Below are positions 10,131-20,256 of a stretch of 64,000 nucleotides of DNA, piece by piece. The notes beneath the pieces are model-generated. The model worked only from the letters and a program-made list of their open reading frames with translations. It was not told the DNA's origin and did no database searches. Both the position numbers and the translations under genes were made by a program. The DNA lies in NCBI GenBank assembly GCA_015060685.1, contig SUXZ01000010.1:6514-70513 (forward strand), read 5' to 3'. The first letter of the stretch is position 1. Each line of letters opens with the position of its first letter. The stretch comes from Mediterranea massiliensis. Its GTDB lineage: Bacteria; Bacteroidota; Bacteroidia; Bacteroidales; Bacteroidaceae.

Positions 10131-11660
10131 TTATAGCGTATAAATCCTTTCTAATTGTTGGTCGGCCCATTCAAATTCGTCCCTAATCCATTCGCCGTCT
10201 TCAAACCCGCTTGGTTGCTGATACATGATGTTCAGCAATTGCTTGTACTTCTTTAGTTGCTCGGTAGCTTCTACCTGTTTGTTTTCGCGTAGTAGCAATA
10301 GGATGCGCATCTTGGTAATGTTCACATTCTCGGTTTCCGACAAGATGTCCGATTTGTCCAGATATAGTTGGCATTCGGCATTGCTTGCGGGCGTGTTGGA
10401 TTGCTTCATGATGCTTCGCGCCACCATCAGGTAGTCGTCGGATGTGCCTAACGAATGGTTGATATTCTTCATGGCCAACCGTTGCGAATTGGTGTAATCC
10501 TTGTAATAGTCGTGCATCACGGCTTCGTAGCTGACAACGCTCATGGTGGTTTTCAAGTACTTGCGGTCTTCGGGCATGGGTTGCGGTTGTCCCATTTCGT
10601 TCAATCGGTCTAACAACGTGCTATGCTTGCCATATCGGGTAAGTGCGCTTGAACCCTTGTCGTTCAGGTATTTCTCCTTTACCTTGTGTAGTGCCGAGCA
10701 TAGTGCTTGCGGGTTGTATCCTTCGTTTTCAAGGAAACGTAGGGCGTAGTTGTCGGCCTCTATCTCTTGACTCTTCGAATAATCCATGCCCAGTTGCTTG
10801 TCTACGTTCAGGTTTATCAACCCTTGTACAAGGTCTTTGGCTACAAAGGCCATGCCCGGCACATAGTAGTCGTATCGTTCGTAGAGGTAGTTATCGGCGG
10901 CAATCGCTATTATTTCGCCCATGTGATTCCAGAACATGCTACGGTTCATGCGTGCAAAGTTCCTTTTCAATTGAATCAGCGAGTGGTCTAACAAGTAGTG
11001 GCACACTTCGCGGCTGAGCAATGCAATCAGCTCTTCCTCGGTATCGAGTGCGGTGAGCAAGCCGGTGGTTATCAGTAGTGTGTTGTTGCTTAGCATCATA
11101 AGGTCGGGCTCTGCCGACTTGATGATTCGCACAAGCGGTTGTTGCATGGATAGTTGTTGGAAGGCATGCTTGTCGGGAGTAATCTCCAGTATCAGGCATT
11201 GCAGATAGTCTTCTAAAGCCTCGTCGTTGTAGAACAATTCAGACTTCTCAAACTCTTCTATATATTTTTCGGCATCCTGTATCTGCTCTCTTTTCAGCTT
11301 GCTATTGTCATCTTGCGTATAGTGTTTGGCAAGGGGTAGTTGGGCGAGTTGCCAAAATTGGTTTTTACTCAGCTTGCCCGCTTGGAAATGCTCTTCGATA
11401 TCCATGAGCGGCATGTAGAGTTGCTTGCCGTTTGCCACGATGATGGCTTGGTAGGGTGTGTCTCCGTTATTCACTCTCTTCAATCGTGTTATAAATTGCA
11501 CTACGATGGGCGTACCCTTTTTCAACACGGTTTGGTCAATCAGTTTGTAGTCTTGTGTCAATGTGCCTTGAATGTCCAGGAAATGGGAGATTGGTCGCTG
11601 GGCAACAACGAATTGCAATGCGGCACAAAGCATGCAGGTAATAGTCAGTAAACGTTTCAT
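10131..11660 (-). CDS. M48-family metallopeptidase-like protein with a degenerate HExxH motif
   Basis: Signal peptide; EELIALLSREVCH at the HExxH position; YSKSQEIEADNYAL (M48 third-ligand motif); TPR-like C-terminus. Confidence 0.65.
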   Translation of the reverse strand: MKRLLTITCMLCAALQFVVAQRPISHFLDIQGTLTQDYKLIDQTVLKKGTPIVVQFITRLKRVNNGDTPYQAIIVANGKQLYMPLMDIEEHFQAGKLSKNQFWQLAQLPLAKHYTQDDNSKLKREQIQDAEKYIEEFEKSELFYNDEALEDYLQCLILEITPDKHAFQQLSMQQPLVRIIKSAEPDLMMLSNNTLLITTGLLTALDTEEELIALLSREVCHYLLDHSLIQLKRNFARMNRSMFWNHMGEIIAIAADNYLYERYDYYVPGMAFVAKDLVQGLINLNVDKQLGMDYSKSQEIEADNYALRFLENEGYNPQALCSALHKVKEKYLNDKGSSALTRYGKHSTLLDRLNEMGQPQPMPEDRKYLKTTMSVVSYEAVMHDYYKDYTNSQRLAMKNINHSLGTSDDYLMVARSIMKQSNTPASNAECQLYLDKSDILSETENVNITKMRILLLLRENKQVEATEQLKKYKQLLNIMYQQPSGFEDGEWIRDEFEWADQQLERIYTL

Positions 11661-11751
11661 ATATGTATTAGTTTTGTTGGTGCAAAAATAAGAAAGGGAA
11701 ATCCCTTTGACAAGCGGATTTCCCTAAACAAAAGTAGGATTTTCCCTATTT

Positions 11752-14517
11752 TTAAAATTTCTCCTTCAGGAATTGTCCCGTGTAGCTCTCGCTACATTCG
11801 GCTATCTCTTCCGGTGTGCCGGTGGCCACAACATATCCCCCCTTGTCGCCTCCTTCGGGGCCCAGGTCGATGACGTGGTCGGCCATCTTCACCACATCCA
11901 GGTTGTGTTCGATGATGAGGATGCTATGTCCGCGTGCAATCAAGGCATTGAATGCTTCGAGCAGTTTCTTGATGTCGTGGAAGTGTAGGCCGGTGGTAGG
12001 CTCGTCGAAGATGAACATCGTGGGGTCGCTCTTCTCTATGCTGAGGTAGTAGGCCAACTTCACGCGTTGGTTCTCGCCGCCGGAGAGGGTAGAGGATGAC
12101 TGGCCCAACTTGATGTATCCCAATCCCACATCTTGCAACGGTTTCAATCGTTTCACGATTTTCTTCTGCTTGTGCAAGGTAAAGAACTCAACGGCTTGGT
12201 TCACGGTCATCTCCAGCACATCGTAGATGCTTTGCTCGTGAAACTTCACCTCGAGCGTATCCTTCTTGAATCGTTTGCCATGACATGCCTCACACTCCAA
12301 CACCAGGTCGGCCATGAATTGCATCTCTACGGTGATGGTACCTTCGCCCTTGCACTCTTCGCATCGTCCGCCCTCGCTATTGAAGCTGAAGAATCCCGCC
12401 GTGTATCCCAGTTGCTTGGCAAGGGGTTGCTCGGCAAATAGCTTGCGAATCTCGTCGTAGGCCTTGATGTAGGTCACCGGGTTGCTTCGCGACGACTTGC
12501 CGATGGGGTTCTGATCCACAAACTCCACGCCACGCAACATGCGTATGTCTCCTCCGATGGAAGAGAACTCGCCCGGACGTTCGGTACATTCGTCCAGTTC
12601 GCGCTTCAAAGCCCGATAGAAGATGTTGCGCACAAGCGTACTCTTTCCGCTACCGCTAACGCCCGTTACCACCGTCATTACGTTCAGCGGGAAGCGCACG
12701 TCGATGCCCTTCAGGTTGTTTTCGCGCGCCCCTTTCAGTTCGATGTAGTTGTTCCACGGACGGCGGTGCGTGGGCATGGGGATGGTCTCTTCGCCCAGCA
12801 AGTAGCGCACGGTGTGGCTCTCGCTACCCGTTTGTAGGTCGTTCATGTCGCCTTGATACACAATCTTTCCGCCCAATCGTCCGGCGTTGGGGCCGATGTC
12901 GATGATGTAGTCGGCGGCACGGATAATCTCCTCGTCGTGCTCCACCACCACCACCGTGTTGCCCAAGGCCTGTAGTTGTCTGAGCACCTGGATAAGGCGG
13001 TCGGTGTCGCGGCTATGTAGGCCGATGCTTGGCTCGTCCAGGATGTATAGGCTACCCACTAAGCTACTGCCCAACGAGGTGGCCAGGTTGATGCGTTGGC
13101 TCTCTCCGCCACTAAGCGAGTTGCTCAGTCGGTTCAGTGTAAGGTAGCTGAGGCCTACATCCATCAGGAATCGGATGCGGCTATTAATCTCGGTCAGTAT
13201 GCGCTTGGCGACCTGCTGCTCGTGTTCGGTCAGCTTCAGTGTGTCGAAGAATTGTTTCAGTTCGCTGATGGGCAAATCCACCAACTCGCAAATGCTTCGT
13301 CCGCCCACCTTCACATAGCCGGCTTCGGGCTTCAATCGGGTGCCGTGGCACTTCGGACAAAGCGTCTTTCCCCGATAGCGTGCCAACATTACGCGGTATT
13401 GTATCTTGTATTGGTTCTCCTGCACCATGCGGAAGAAGGCATTGATGCCCTCGAAGTAGCGGCACCCCTCCCACAACATGCGTCGATGCTCGTCGCTCAG
13501 CTCGTAGTAGGGCGTAAAGATGGGGAAACCGGCCCGTTCGGCACCTCGAATCACCATGTTCTTCCATTCGCTCATCTTCTCGCCACGCCAGCACACCACG
13601 GCCCCGTCGTATACCGACAACGATTGGTCGGGTATCACCAGGTGCTCGTCTATGCCAATCACGCGGCCGAAGCCTTCACATTCGGGGCATGCGCCGATGG
13701 GCGAGTTGAAGGAGAACATCTGGTCGGAAGGCTCTTCAAACTTGATGCCGTCGGCTTCGAACTTGGTGCTGAAGCGATACAGGGCGGTGCTTCCGTCGGG
13801 TTGGTAGAAGCGAAGCAGGCACGCGCCATCGCCCTCGTACATCGCCGTCTCGGCCGAGTCGGTCAGTCGGCTGATGGCATCCTGCTGGTGCGAGCTGCTC
13901 ATGCGGTCAACAAGTAGGAACACCACATCGCCCGCCTTCTCCTGATACTCCTCTATGCGCATCATGTTGCCGTTCACCTCCAGCCGGTTGAAGCCCTGTT
14001 GTTGGTAGATGGCAAGCCGTTCGGCAAGCGTGCGTTCGCCCAAAAGGATAGGTGCAAGCACCGTGTAGCGTGTGCCTTCGGGATGTTGTAGCATACAGTT
14101 CACGATGTCCTCCACCGAGTGCTTCTTCACCTCTTGTCCGCTCACGGGGCTATAAGTGCGTCCGATGCGTGCAAAGAGCAATCGCAAGTACTCGTAAATC
14201 TCCGTCGAGGTGCCCACGGTAGAGCGTGGGTTGCGGCTCGACACCTTCTGCTCGATGGCAATGGCGGGCGGTATGCCCTTGATGAAGTCACATTCGGGTT
14301 TGCTCATGCGCCCCAGGAATTGGCGTGCGTAGCTGCTTAGGCTCTCCACATAGCGGCGTTGCCCCTCGGCATAGAGCGTATCGAAGGCAAGCGACGACTT
14401 GCCCGAGCCAGACACCCCGGTAATGACGATGAACTTATTGCGAGGAATCTCCACATCAATATTCTTCAGGTTATTGACGCGTGCCCCTTTTACTTGTATG
14501 GCTTTTTTCTTTTCCAT
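11752..14517 (-). CDS. uvrA: Excinuclease ABC subunit A
   Basis: Two Walker A motifs (GVSGSGKS), LSGGE signatures and CxxC zinc fingers. Confidence 0.97.
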   Translation of the reverse strand: MEKKKAIQVKGARVNNLKNIDVEIPRNKFIVITGVSGSGKSSLAFDTLYAEGQRRYVESLSSYARQFLGRMSKPECDFIKGIPPAIAIEQKVSSRNPRSTVGTSTEIYEYLRLLFARIGRTYSPVSGQEVKKHSVEDIVNCMLQHPEGTRYTVLAPILLGERTLAERLAIYQQQGFNRLEVNGNMMRIEEYQEKAGDVVFLLVDRMSSSHQQDAISRLTDSAETAMYEGDGACLLRFYQPDGSTALYRFSTKFEADGIKFEEPSDQMFSFNSPIGACPECEGFGRVIGIDEHLVIPDQSLSVYDGAVVCWRGEKMSEWKNMVIRGAERAGFPIFTPYYELSDEHRRMLWEGCRYFEGINAFFRMVQENQYKIQYRVMLARYRGKTLCPKCHGTRLKPEAGYVKVGGRSICELVDLPISELKQFFDTLKLTEHEQQVAKRILTEINSRIRFLMDVGLSYLTLNRLSNSLSGGESQRINLATSLGSSLVGSLYILDEPSIGLHSRDTDRLIQVLRQLQALGNTVVVVEHDEEIIRAADYIIDIGPNAGRLGGKIVYQGDMNDLQTGSESHTVRYLLGEETIPMPTHRRPWNNYIELKGARENNLKGIDVRFPLNVMTVVTGVSGSGKSTLVRNIFYRALKRELDECTERPGEFSSIGGDIRMLRGVEFVDQNPIGKSSRSNPVTYIKAYDEIRKLFAEQPLAKQLGYTAGFFSFNSEGGRCEECKGEGTITVEMQFMADLVLECEACHGKRFKKDTLEVKFHEQSIYDVLEMTVNQAVEFFTLHKQKKIVKRLKPLQDVGLGYIKLGQSSSTLSGGENQRVKLAYYLSIEKSDPTMFIFDEPTTGLHFHDIKKLLEAFNALIARGHSILIIEHNLDVVKMADHVIDLGPEGGDKGGYVVATGTPEEIAECSESYTGQFLKEKF

Positions 14518-14592
14518 GATGCAAAGCTAAAACAAAAAAACGACAACCTAAAAAGATTGCCGTTTCTTTTTCGATATGTTAGGTTTTTATGC

Positions 14593-15759
14593 CTATTTCA
14601 GGTTCTTCCACAAGTTGGGCAGGAAGGCATAATACAACAGGTGCTTCCATGCCACGAGGTCGTGTGCACCGTTGCTACCTACATAATAATGATGCTTAAT
14701 GCCCATTTCGTCCAGCTCGCGATGAAGCTTTTCGTGGCGAGCCATGAAGCCCGTTTCGTGTGTGCCGGCACCCACAAAAAGGTAGTCAATCTTGTCGTTG
14801 ATATCCTTGTCGTACAACGCCGGAGTCTCCTTGATTTCGATGGCCGAGCTCAGCAGGCCGAAGTTGGCAAAGAGGTCGAGGCAACGGAAGCCAACGTATT
14901 GCGACAAGCGTCCGCCCATCGATAGGCCGCTGATGGCGCGTGCATGGCGGTCTTTGATAACGTTGTAGCGCGATTCCACGAAGGGGATGATACACTTGCG
15001 ATACTCCTCCTCCATCATCGGGAAGGCCAGTTCGGTGTGCTTGGGATGCGAGCGGGTCACCATCTGGTCGTTGGGGAATACCACAATCATCTCCTTCGCC
15101 TTACCTTCGGCAATCAGGTTGTCCAGGATGAAGTTGGCCTTGCCGTGCATCACCCACGTTTCGGTCAGGTCGCCCGAGCCACCCATCAGGTAGAGCGTAG
15201 GATACTCCTTCTTGGGGTCGTAGTTGCCCGGAGTATATACAATCATGTCGCGCACACCCTTCGTTACCTCCGAGTAGTAGTAGTGCGTGGTGAGGCTTCC
15301 GTGCGGCACATCGTTCTTGGCGTCGTAGAAGGCCGGTTCGTCGCCGTGTACATGCAGGATGCTGAAAGCCGGCATGGCGGCATGTCCGGTAAAGGTGTTG
15401 TTCGGGTCAACGTTCTGCACGCCATCCACGATGAAGTAGTAGAAGTAGATTTCAGGAATCAACGGGCCGATGGTCAGTGTCCACACGCCATCTTCACCCT
15501 TCACGAAGGGCACTCGCTTGCGTGCATCGGGGCCCACGAACATGTTGCCGGTGAGCAACACCTCTTCGGCCTTCGGCGCATGCAGGCGGAAGGTAACGGT
15601 GTGGTCGTCGTGTACTTCGGGCGAGATAAGTCGCGCACTGAACGGAGTGATGTTTTCGGTGTTTTTCTGTGGTGCCCAATCCACATTCACGTGCGATTGC
15701 TGGGCTGAAATGCCGATGGCGAATAATGCCATACAAAGCGATAATAAACTCTTCTTCAT
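14593..15759 (-). CDS. Secreted esterase (CBM48-like/E-set domain plus alpha/beta hydrolase, CE1-like)
   Basis: TVTFRLHAPKA E-set start, GLSMGG nucleophile motif and a C-terminal GAH histidine. Confidence 0.85.
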   Translation of the reverse strand: MKKSLLSLCMALFAIGISAQQSHVNVDWAPQKNTENITPFSARLISPEVHDDHTVTFRLHAPKAEEVLLTGNMFVGPDARKRVPFVKGEDGVWTLTIGPLIPEIYFYYFIVDGVQNVDPNNTFTGHAAMPAFSILHVHGDEPAFYDAKNDVPHGSLTTHYYYSEVTKGVRDMIVYTPGNYDPKKEYPTLYLMGGSGDLTETWVMHGKANFILDNLIAEGKAKEMIVVFPNDQMVTRSHPKHTELAFPMMEEEYRKCIIPFVESRYNVIKDRHARAISGLSMGGRLSQYVGFRCLDLFANFGLLSSAIEIKETPALYDKDINDKIDYLFVGAGTHETGFMARHEKLHRELDEMGIKHHYYVGSNGAHDLVAWKHLLYYAFLPNLWKNLK

Positions 15760-15873
15760 GGTTTTAATTTATTTGTTTTACGTTTGGTAATGAGGTTGTT
15801 TTGCACAAAAGTAAGGGATATTTGGCAAATGACAAAGATATATTGGGTAAAAAACGTATCTTTGTCGGGATTT

Positions 15874-15967
15874 TAGTGTGTTAGTGAGTTAGTGAGTTAG
15901 TGTGTTAGTGTGTTGGTGTGTTAGTGAGTTAGTGAGTTGGTGTTGTAGGGACGCCATGGTGCGTCCG
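15874..15967 (+). repeat. Octamer tandem array (GTGWGTTR) followed by a GTAG-REP palindrome
   Basis: About 8-9 octamer units, then GTAGGGACGCCATGGTGCGTCCG at 15945-15967. Confidence 0.85.
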
Positions 15968-15984
15968 CAAAAAGATGATAAAAA

Positions 15985-17490
15985 ATGAAATATAACATGT
16001 TTAGAAAACTATTACTCTTATTGCTTGTGTCGCTCCCGTTGATGAGCATGTCGGCACAAACACATCCCAAACGCGAATTTCGTGGTGCGTGGATACAGGC
16101 CGTGAACGGACAATTCAAAGGCATGTCCACCGAGCAGATGCAACAGACGTTGACCACCCAGCTGAACTCCTTGCAAGCCGCCGGCATCAACGCCATCATC
16201 TTCCAGGTGCGTCCCGAGGCCGATGCCCTCTATCCCTCCAGCTACGAGCCGTGGAGCCGCTTCCTCACGGGCGAACAAGGCGTTGCCCCCTCGCCCTATT
16301 GGGACCCCATGGCGTGGATGATAGCCGAGTGTCACAAACGCGGCATGGAGTTTCATGCATGGATAAACCCCTACCGCGCCAAGACAACACAATCCGTCAA
16401 GCTGGCCCCCACACACATCTACCACCGGCACCCCGAATGGTTTGTAACCTATGGCGACCAGCTTTACTTCAACCCCGCCTTGCAAGAGAGCCGCGACTAC
16501 ATCTGCCAAATCATTACCGACATCGTTACCCGCTACGACATCGACGCCCTGCACATGGACGACTACTTCTACCCATACCCCATCAAGGGGCAAGAGTTTC
16601 CCGATATAGCCAACTTCCGTAGCAACCCCAACGGATTTACCGACCTGGGCGATTGGCGACGCAACAATGTGAACGTGCTGATAAAGCAGATACACCAAAC
16701 CGTGCGTGCCGCTAAGCCGTGGGTAAAGTTCGGCATCTCGCCCTTCGGCATCTACCGCAACCAGAAGAGCGCCCCCCTGGGTAGCGCCACCAACGGCCTG
16801 CAGAACTACGACGAGCTCTACGCCGACGTGCTGCTTTGGGCGCGCGAGGGATGGATAGACTACAACATGCCGCAAATCTATTGGCACGTAGGCCACCCCG
16901 CCGCCGACTATGGCGTGCTGGTAGAATGGTGGGCCAAGCATGCCGAAGGCCGTCCTTTGTTCATCGGACAATCCGTGAGCAACACCGTGCAGAATGCCGA
17001 CCCATCGAACCCCGACACCCATCAGTTGGCATTGAAGATGAAGCTACAACGCCAGTACCAGACCATCGGCGGTAGCGTGCAATGGCCCGCCGCCGATGTG
17101 GTGAACAACCTGGGCAACTACCGCACCCTGCTCGTCAACAACTACCACCGCTATCCCGCACTTCCGCCCGTCTTCACCTTCATGGACGACGAAGCCCCCG
17201 GCAAGGTGAAGAAGGTGAAACCCGTGTGGACCGCCGACGGATACATCCTCTTCTGGACGGCCCCCAAGCACAAGGACGAGATGAACCGCGCCGTGCAATA
17301 CGTGGTATATCGCTTCGACGCCAAGGAAGAGGTGAACACCGACGACCCCTCGAAGATTGTGGCCATCACGCGCGATACCTTCTACCGTCTGCCCTACGAA
17401 GATGGCAAAACCAAGTACCGCTACGTAGTAACCGCCCTCGATCGCCTGCACAACGAGTCGAAACCCGCCAAGAAGAAGGTGAAGTTGTAG
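15985..17490 (+). CDS. Glycoside hydrolase-like family 10 protein (YddW/DUF187 type) with an Fn3-like tail
   Basis: REFRGAWI, FQVRPEADALY, HAWINPYR and LHMDDYFYP motifs. Confidence 0.85.
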   Translation: MKYNMFRKLLLLLLVSLPLMSMSAQTHPKREFRGAWIQAVNGQFKGMSTEQMQQTLTTQLNSLQAAGINAIIFQVRPEADALYPSSYEPWSRFLTGEQGVAPSPYWDPMAWMIAECHKRGMEFHAWINPYRAKTTQSVKLAPTHIYHRHPEWFVTYGDQLYFNPALQESRDYICQIITDIVTRYDIDALHMDDYFYPYPIKGQEFPDIANFRSNPNGFTDLGDWRRNNVNVLIKQIHQTVRAAKPWVKFGISPFGIYRNQKSAPLGSATNGLQNYDELYADVLLWAREGWIDYNMPQIYWHVGHPAADYGVLVEWWAKHAEGRPLFIGQSVSNTVQNADPSNPDTHQLALKMKLQRQYQTIGGSVQWPAADVVNNLGNYRTLLVNNYHRYPALPPVFTFMDDEAPGKVKKVKPVWTADGYILFWTAPKHKDEMNRAVQYVVYRFDAKEEVNTDDPSKIVAITRDTFYRLPYEDGKTKYRYVVTALDRLHNESKPAKKKVKL

Positions 17491-17569
17491 GGACGCGGCA
17501 TGACGCGTCCGAAGTAGTCAAGTAGTGAGTAGTCAAGTAGAAATGTAGGGACGTAGCGTGCTGCGTCCG
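17487..17569 (+). repeat. Two GTAG-REP palindromes separated by AGTAGTCA-type octamers
   Basis: GTAGGGACGCGGCATGACGCGTCCG (17487-17511) and GTAGGGACGTAGCGTGCTGCGTCCG (17545-17569). Confidence 0.85.
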
Positions 17570-17602
17570 TGAATACGCAAATAAATCATAAACCATAAAA
17601 CC

Positions 17603-19015
17603 ATGAGAAATATGAAAAAAATCCTTTCATTTCTGTTTTTGGTAGGCATGAGCGTAGCCGTTTATGCACAAACCATCGAAAAGACATTGAAACCCCGCAT
17701 GGTGGTGCTGACCGACATTGCACCCGCCAACATCGAGCCCGACGACCAGGAATCGTTGATTCGCCTCCTATCGCATGCCGACCTCTTCGAGGTGGAGGCC
17801 ATCATTGCCACCACCGGATGGAACAATAGCAACTACCCCGTGGAGTGGATGGATACCATCTTCAACACCCTGGGCGCCTACGAAAAAGACCTTCCCAACC
17901 TGATGAAACGTTCGGAGCAGACATCCTTCCTCCCCTTGAAGAAAGAGGAGAAGAAGCAATACATCGGCTATTGGCCCAGTGTGGACTATCTGCGCAGCCG
18001 CGTCATGCTGGGTAGCGCAAAGATGGGCCGCGAGGTCATTGGCGAAGGCAACCGCTCGGCAGGTAGCGACTTCATCATCCGCTTGGCCGACGAAAAAGAC
18101 AATCGCCCCCTTTGGATAGGCGTGTGGGGTGGGGGCAACACCCTGGCACAAGCCATCTGGCAAGTAAAGCAGACACGCACCGACAAGGAGTTCAAAGCCT
18201 TCTTGCACAAGCTGCGCGTATATACCATTACCGACCAGGACGTGCCTTGGCACAAGCGCGGACAATACGCATTCAGTTCGCACGAGTGGATGCGCCAGCT
18301 TTGCGGCGACGACCTCCTCTTCATCTGGGACGAGAGCGCGTGGCTATCGCAAAACGACATCGGTAGCCGCAATTGGAACGAGTATGCCCAGCACATCCAA
18401 CGCCACGGACACCTGGGCGCACGCTATCCCAAAAACAAGTATGGCGTAGAGGGCGATACACCATCCTATCTGCACATCCTGCCCAACGGCCTGAACAACC
18501 CCTCCGAGCCAACGCAAGTAGGGTGGGCGGGCTATCATGTGTGGGACAACTCCCTCGACAAGACCACCCAATGCTACACCAACACCACGCCCGATATAAA
18601 GCGCATCTCGCAGAAGTACGAACACTACTTCTATCCCGCCATCTTCGCCAACTTTGCCGCGCGCATGGATTGGGCAAAAGAGGGTAAAGGCAACCGCAAC
18701 CCCATTGTCGTGGTGAACGGCAAGCAAGGACTGGATGCCATTCGGCTGAAGGCACGCGCCGGCCAAACCGTTGCGCTGGATGCCGCCCGCAGCTACGACC
18801 CCGACGGCGATGCCCTCAGCTACAAGTGGTGGGTGATGCCCGAATCGGGCAGCTATCCGGGCGATGTGGCGGTGGCCGATGCAAGCAAGCCGCAAGCCAC
18901 GCTGACGCTCCCTGCCGATGCCGCAGGCCACACCATCCACGTGATTTGCGAAGTCGCCGACAACGGCGAACACACCTTGACCGCCTACCGACGGGTGATT
19001 ATCACCGTGAAATAA
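17603..19015 (+). CDS. DUF1593 / nucleoside-hydrolase-like protein with a C-terminal PKD/Ig-like domain
   Basis: VVLTDI...EPDDQESLIRLL, VWGGGNTLAQA, EGDTPS and SYDPDGD motifs. Confidence 0.8.
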   Translation: MRNMKKILSFLFLVGMSVAVYAQTIEKTLKPRMVVLTDIAPANIEPDDQESLIRLLSHADLFEVEAIIATTGWNNSNYPVEWMDTIFNTLGAYEKDLPNLMKRSEQTSFLPLKKEEKKQYIGYWPSVDYLRSRVMLGSAKMGREVIGEGNRSAGSDFIIRLADEKDNRPLWIGVWGGGNTLAQAIWQVKQTRTDKEFKAFLHKLRVYTITDQDVPWHKRGQYAFSSHEWMRQLCGDDLLFIWDESAWLSQNDIGSRNWNEYAQHIQRHGHLGARYPKNKYGVEGDTPSYLHILPNGLNNPSEPTQVGWAGYHVWDNSLDKTTQCYTNTTPDIKRISQKYEHYFYPAIFANFAARMDWAKEGKGNRNPIVVVNGKQGLDAIRLKARAGQTVALDAARSYDPDGDALSYKWWVMPESGSYPGDVAVADASKPQATLTLPADAAGHTIHVICEVADNGEHTLTAYRRVIITVK

Positions 19016-19086
19016 GCCATAACAACAAATAGCCGAGCCTTAAGGCTTTCGGAACAAACCTTTAACGGACATGGATTTTTTCATCC

Positions 19087-19375
19087 CTACTAACTTCACT
19101 ACTTCACCGACTTCACCGGTGAAGTTAGTAGGGTGTTGCATATCCGCTCCTTCTTATATTGATACTGATAGGTTACTATAATTATAATATAGATATAATA
19201 TACTTATTATATACTAATATAAATATATATTTACTAATATTTATATTAATATATTTATATACATATATATAATATTATAATAATATATACAAATGAAGTT
19301 TTGAAAAATATTTTTCCTTTGTGTGTTGCTACTAACTTCACCGGTGAAGTCGGTGAAGTAGTGAAGTAGTGAAGT
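19087..19375. repeat. 39-bp perfect inverted repeat flanking an extremely AT-rich core
   Basis: 19093-19131 is the exact reverse complement of 19329-19367. The arms are built from ACTTCAC units and contain the palindrome ACTTCACCGGTGAAGT. Confidence 0.9.
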
Positions 19376-19487
19376 AATGACGTTTGCTTTAACTATCAGT
19401 TGGTCAATTAAATATCGCGCGTAGTATGTATAAAAATAATAGCTGAGCAACATTGCCCAGCTATTATTTTATTAAGTAAAGTTGTGA

Positions 19488-19676
19488 TTACTTCAACATT
19501 TGTGGGAGGTTTTGGCGGCCCCAGAAGTAGTAAACGGCCAAACCAATCCAGCTTGTAATCAGAATCAAGATGGCAACCAATAACTTCTTAACTGTGTCTA
19601 CATCCCACTTCCAAATTTCCAATACGGCTTTAACGGCGAGAACTACACCGATAATCCAAATAATAGTTCCAATCAT
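19488..19676 (-). CDS. Small membrane protein, PLDc_N-like
   Basis: Two transmembrane helices ending WIGLAVYYFWGR. Confidence 0.65.
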   Translation of the reverse strand: MIGTIIWIIGVVLAVKAVLEIWKWDVDTVKKLLVAILILITSWIGLAVYYFWGRQNLPQMLK

Positions 19677-19767
19677 AGTTGTTTTGTTTTTAATTGTTTT
19701 TAATCAATGATTATTTGCCGCAAAAATAGGGATAATTATTGAAAAATGAAAAGATTTGCATTAAAAT

Positions 19768-20166
19768 CTATTGTTGCCCCGATTTAAGTAGCTGCAATAG
19801 TTGGCTTCGTTGCAGGGAGAAGTTGGGGCTGTTGGCTTGTACATACTCCAATAGGGCGATGCCGTTTTGCTTTGCGCGCGACTTCTCTACCAATTGTTCG
19901 TTGCTCATTTCGTCGGACATTTTCAGCAGGGTCATGGCGGCAAGTTCGCACTTCCCCCAACTGTCTGCATCGCCTTGATAGCGTGCAATGATTGCATCGG
20001 CATCCAGCTGGCTTAAATCGTTGCTGGGGAGGCCTAATAGTTGGGTGGTGAGGTTATCGTATTCTGTCCAACTGCTCTTGGCGATTTTTCGTTTATTGAG
20101 CAGGGCTTGCACAATGAGGGCGATAATCTCTTGTATCATTCGTAAAAGGTAGTCTTGCTTTATCAT
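19768..20166 (-). CDS. Hypothetical helical protein
   Basis: 132-aa ORF with an upstream TATCTTTG promoter box. Confidence 0.7.
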   Translation of the reverse strand: MIKQDYLLRMIQEIIALIVQALLNKRKIAKSSWTEYDNLTTQLLGLPSNDLSQLDADAIIARYQGDADSWGKCELAAMTLLKMSDEMSNEQLVEKSRAKQNGIALLEYVQANSPNFSLQRSQLLQLLKSGQQ

Positions 20167-20256
20167 GGCGGATTGTTTTATTGGGTTGCAAAATAAACAA
20201 ATAAAGGGCGGCTATGCAAAGATAACCGCCCAAAAATAACGGGAAAGGTGGAAATG

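Noticed and set aside
15874-15944. Octamer arrays as CRISPR or telomere-like repeats
   Set aside because: These are simple degenerate microsatellites with no spacers. They are treated as part of the REP mosaic.
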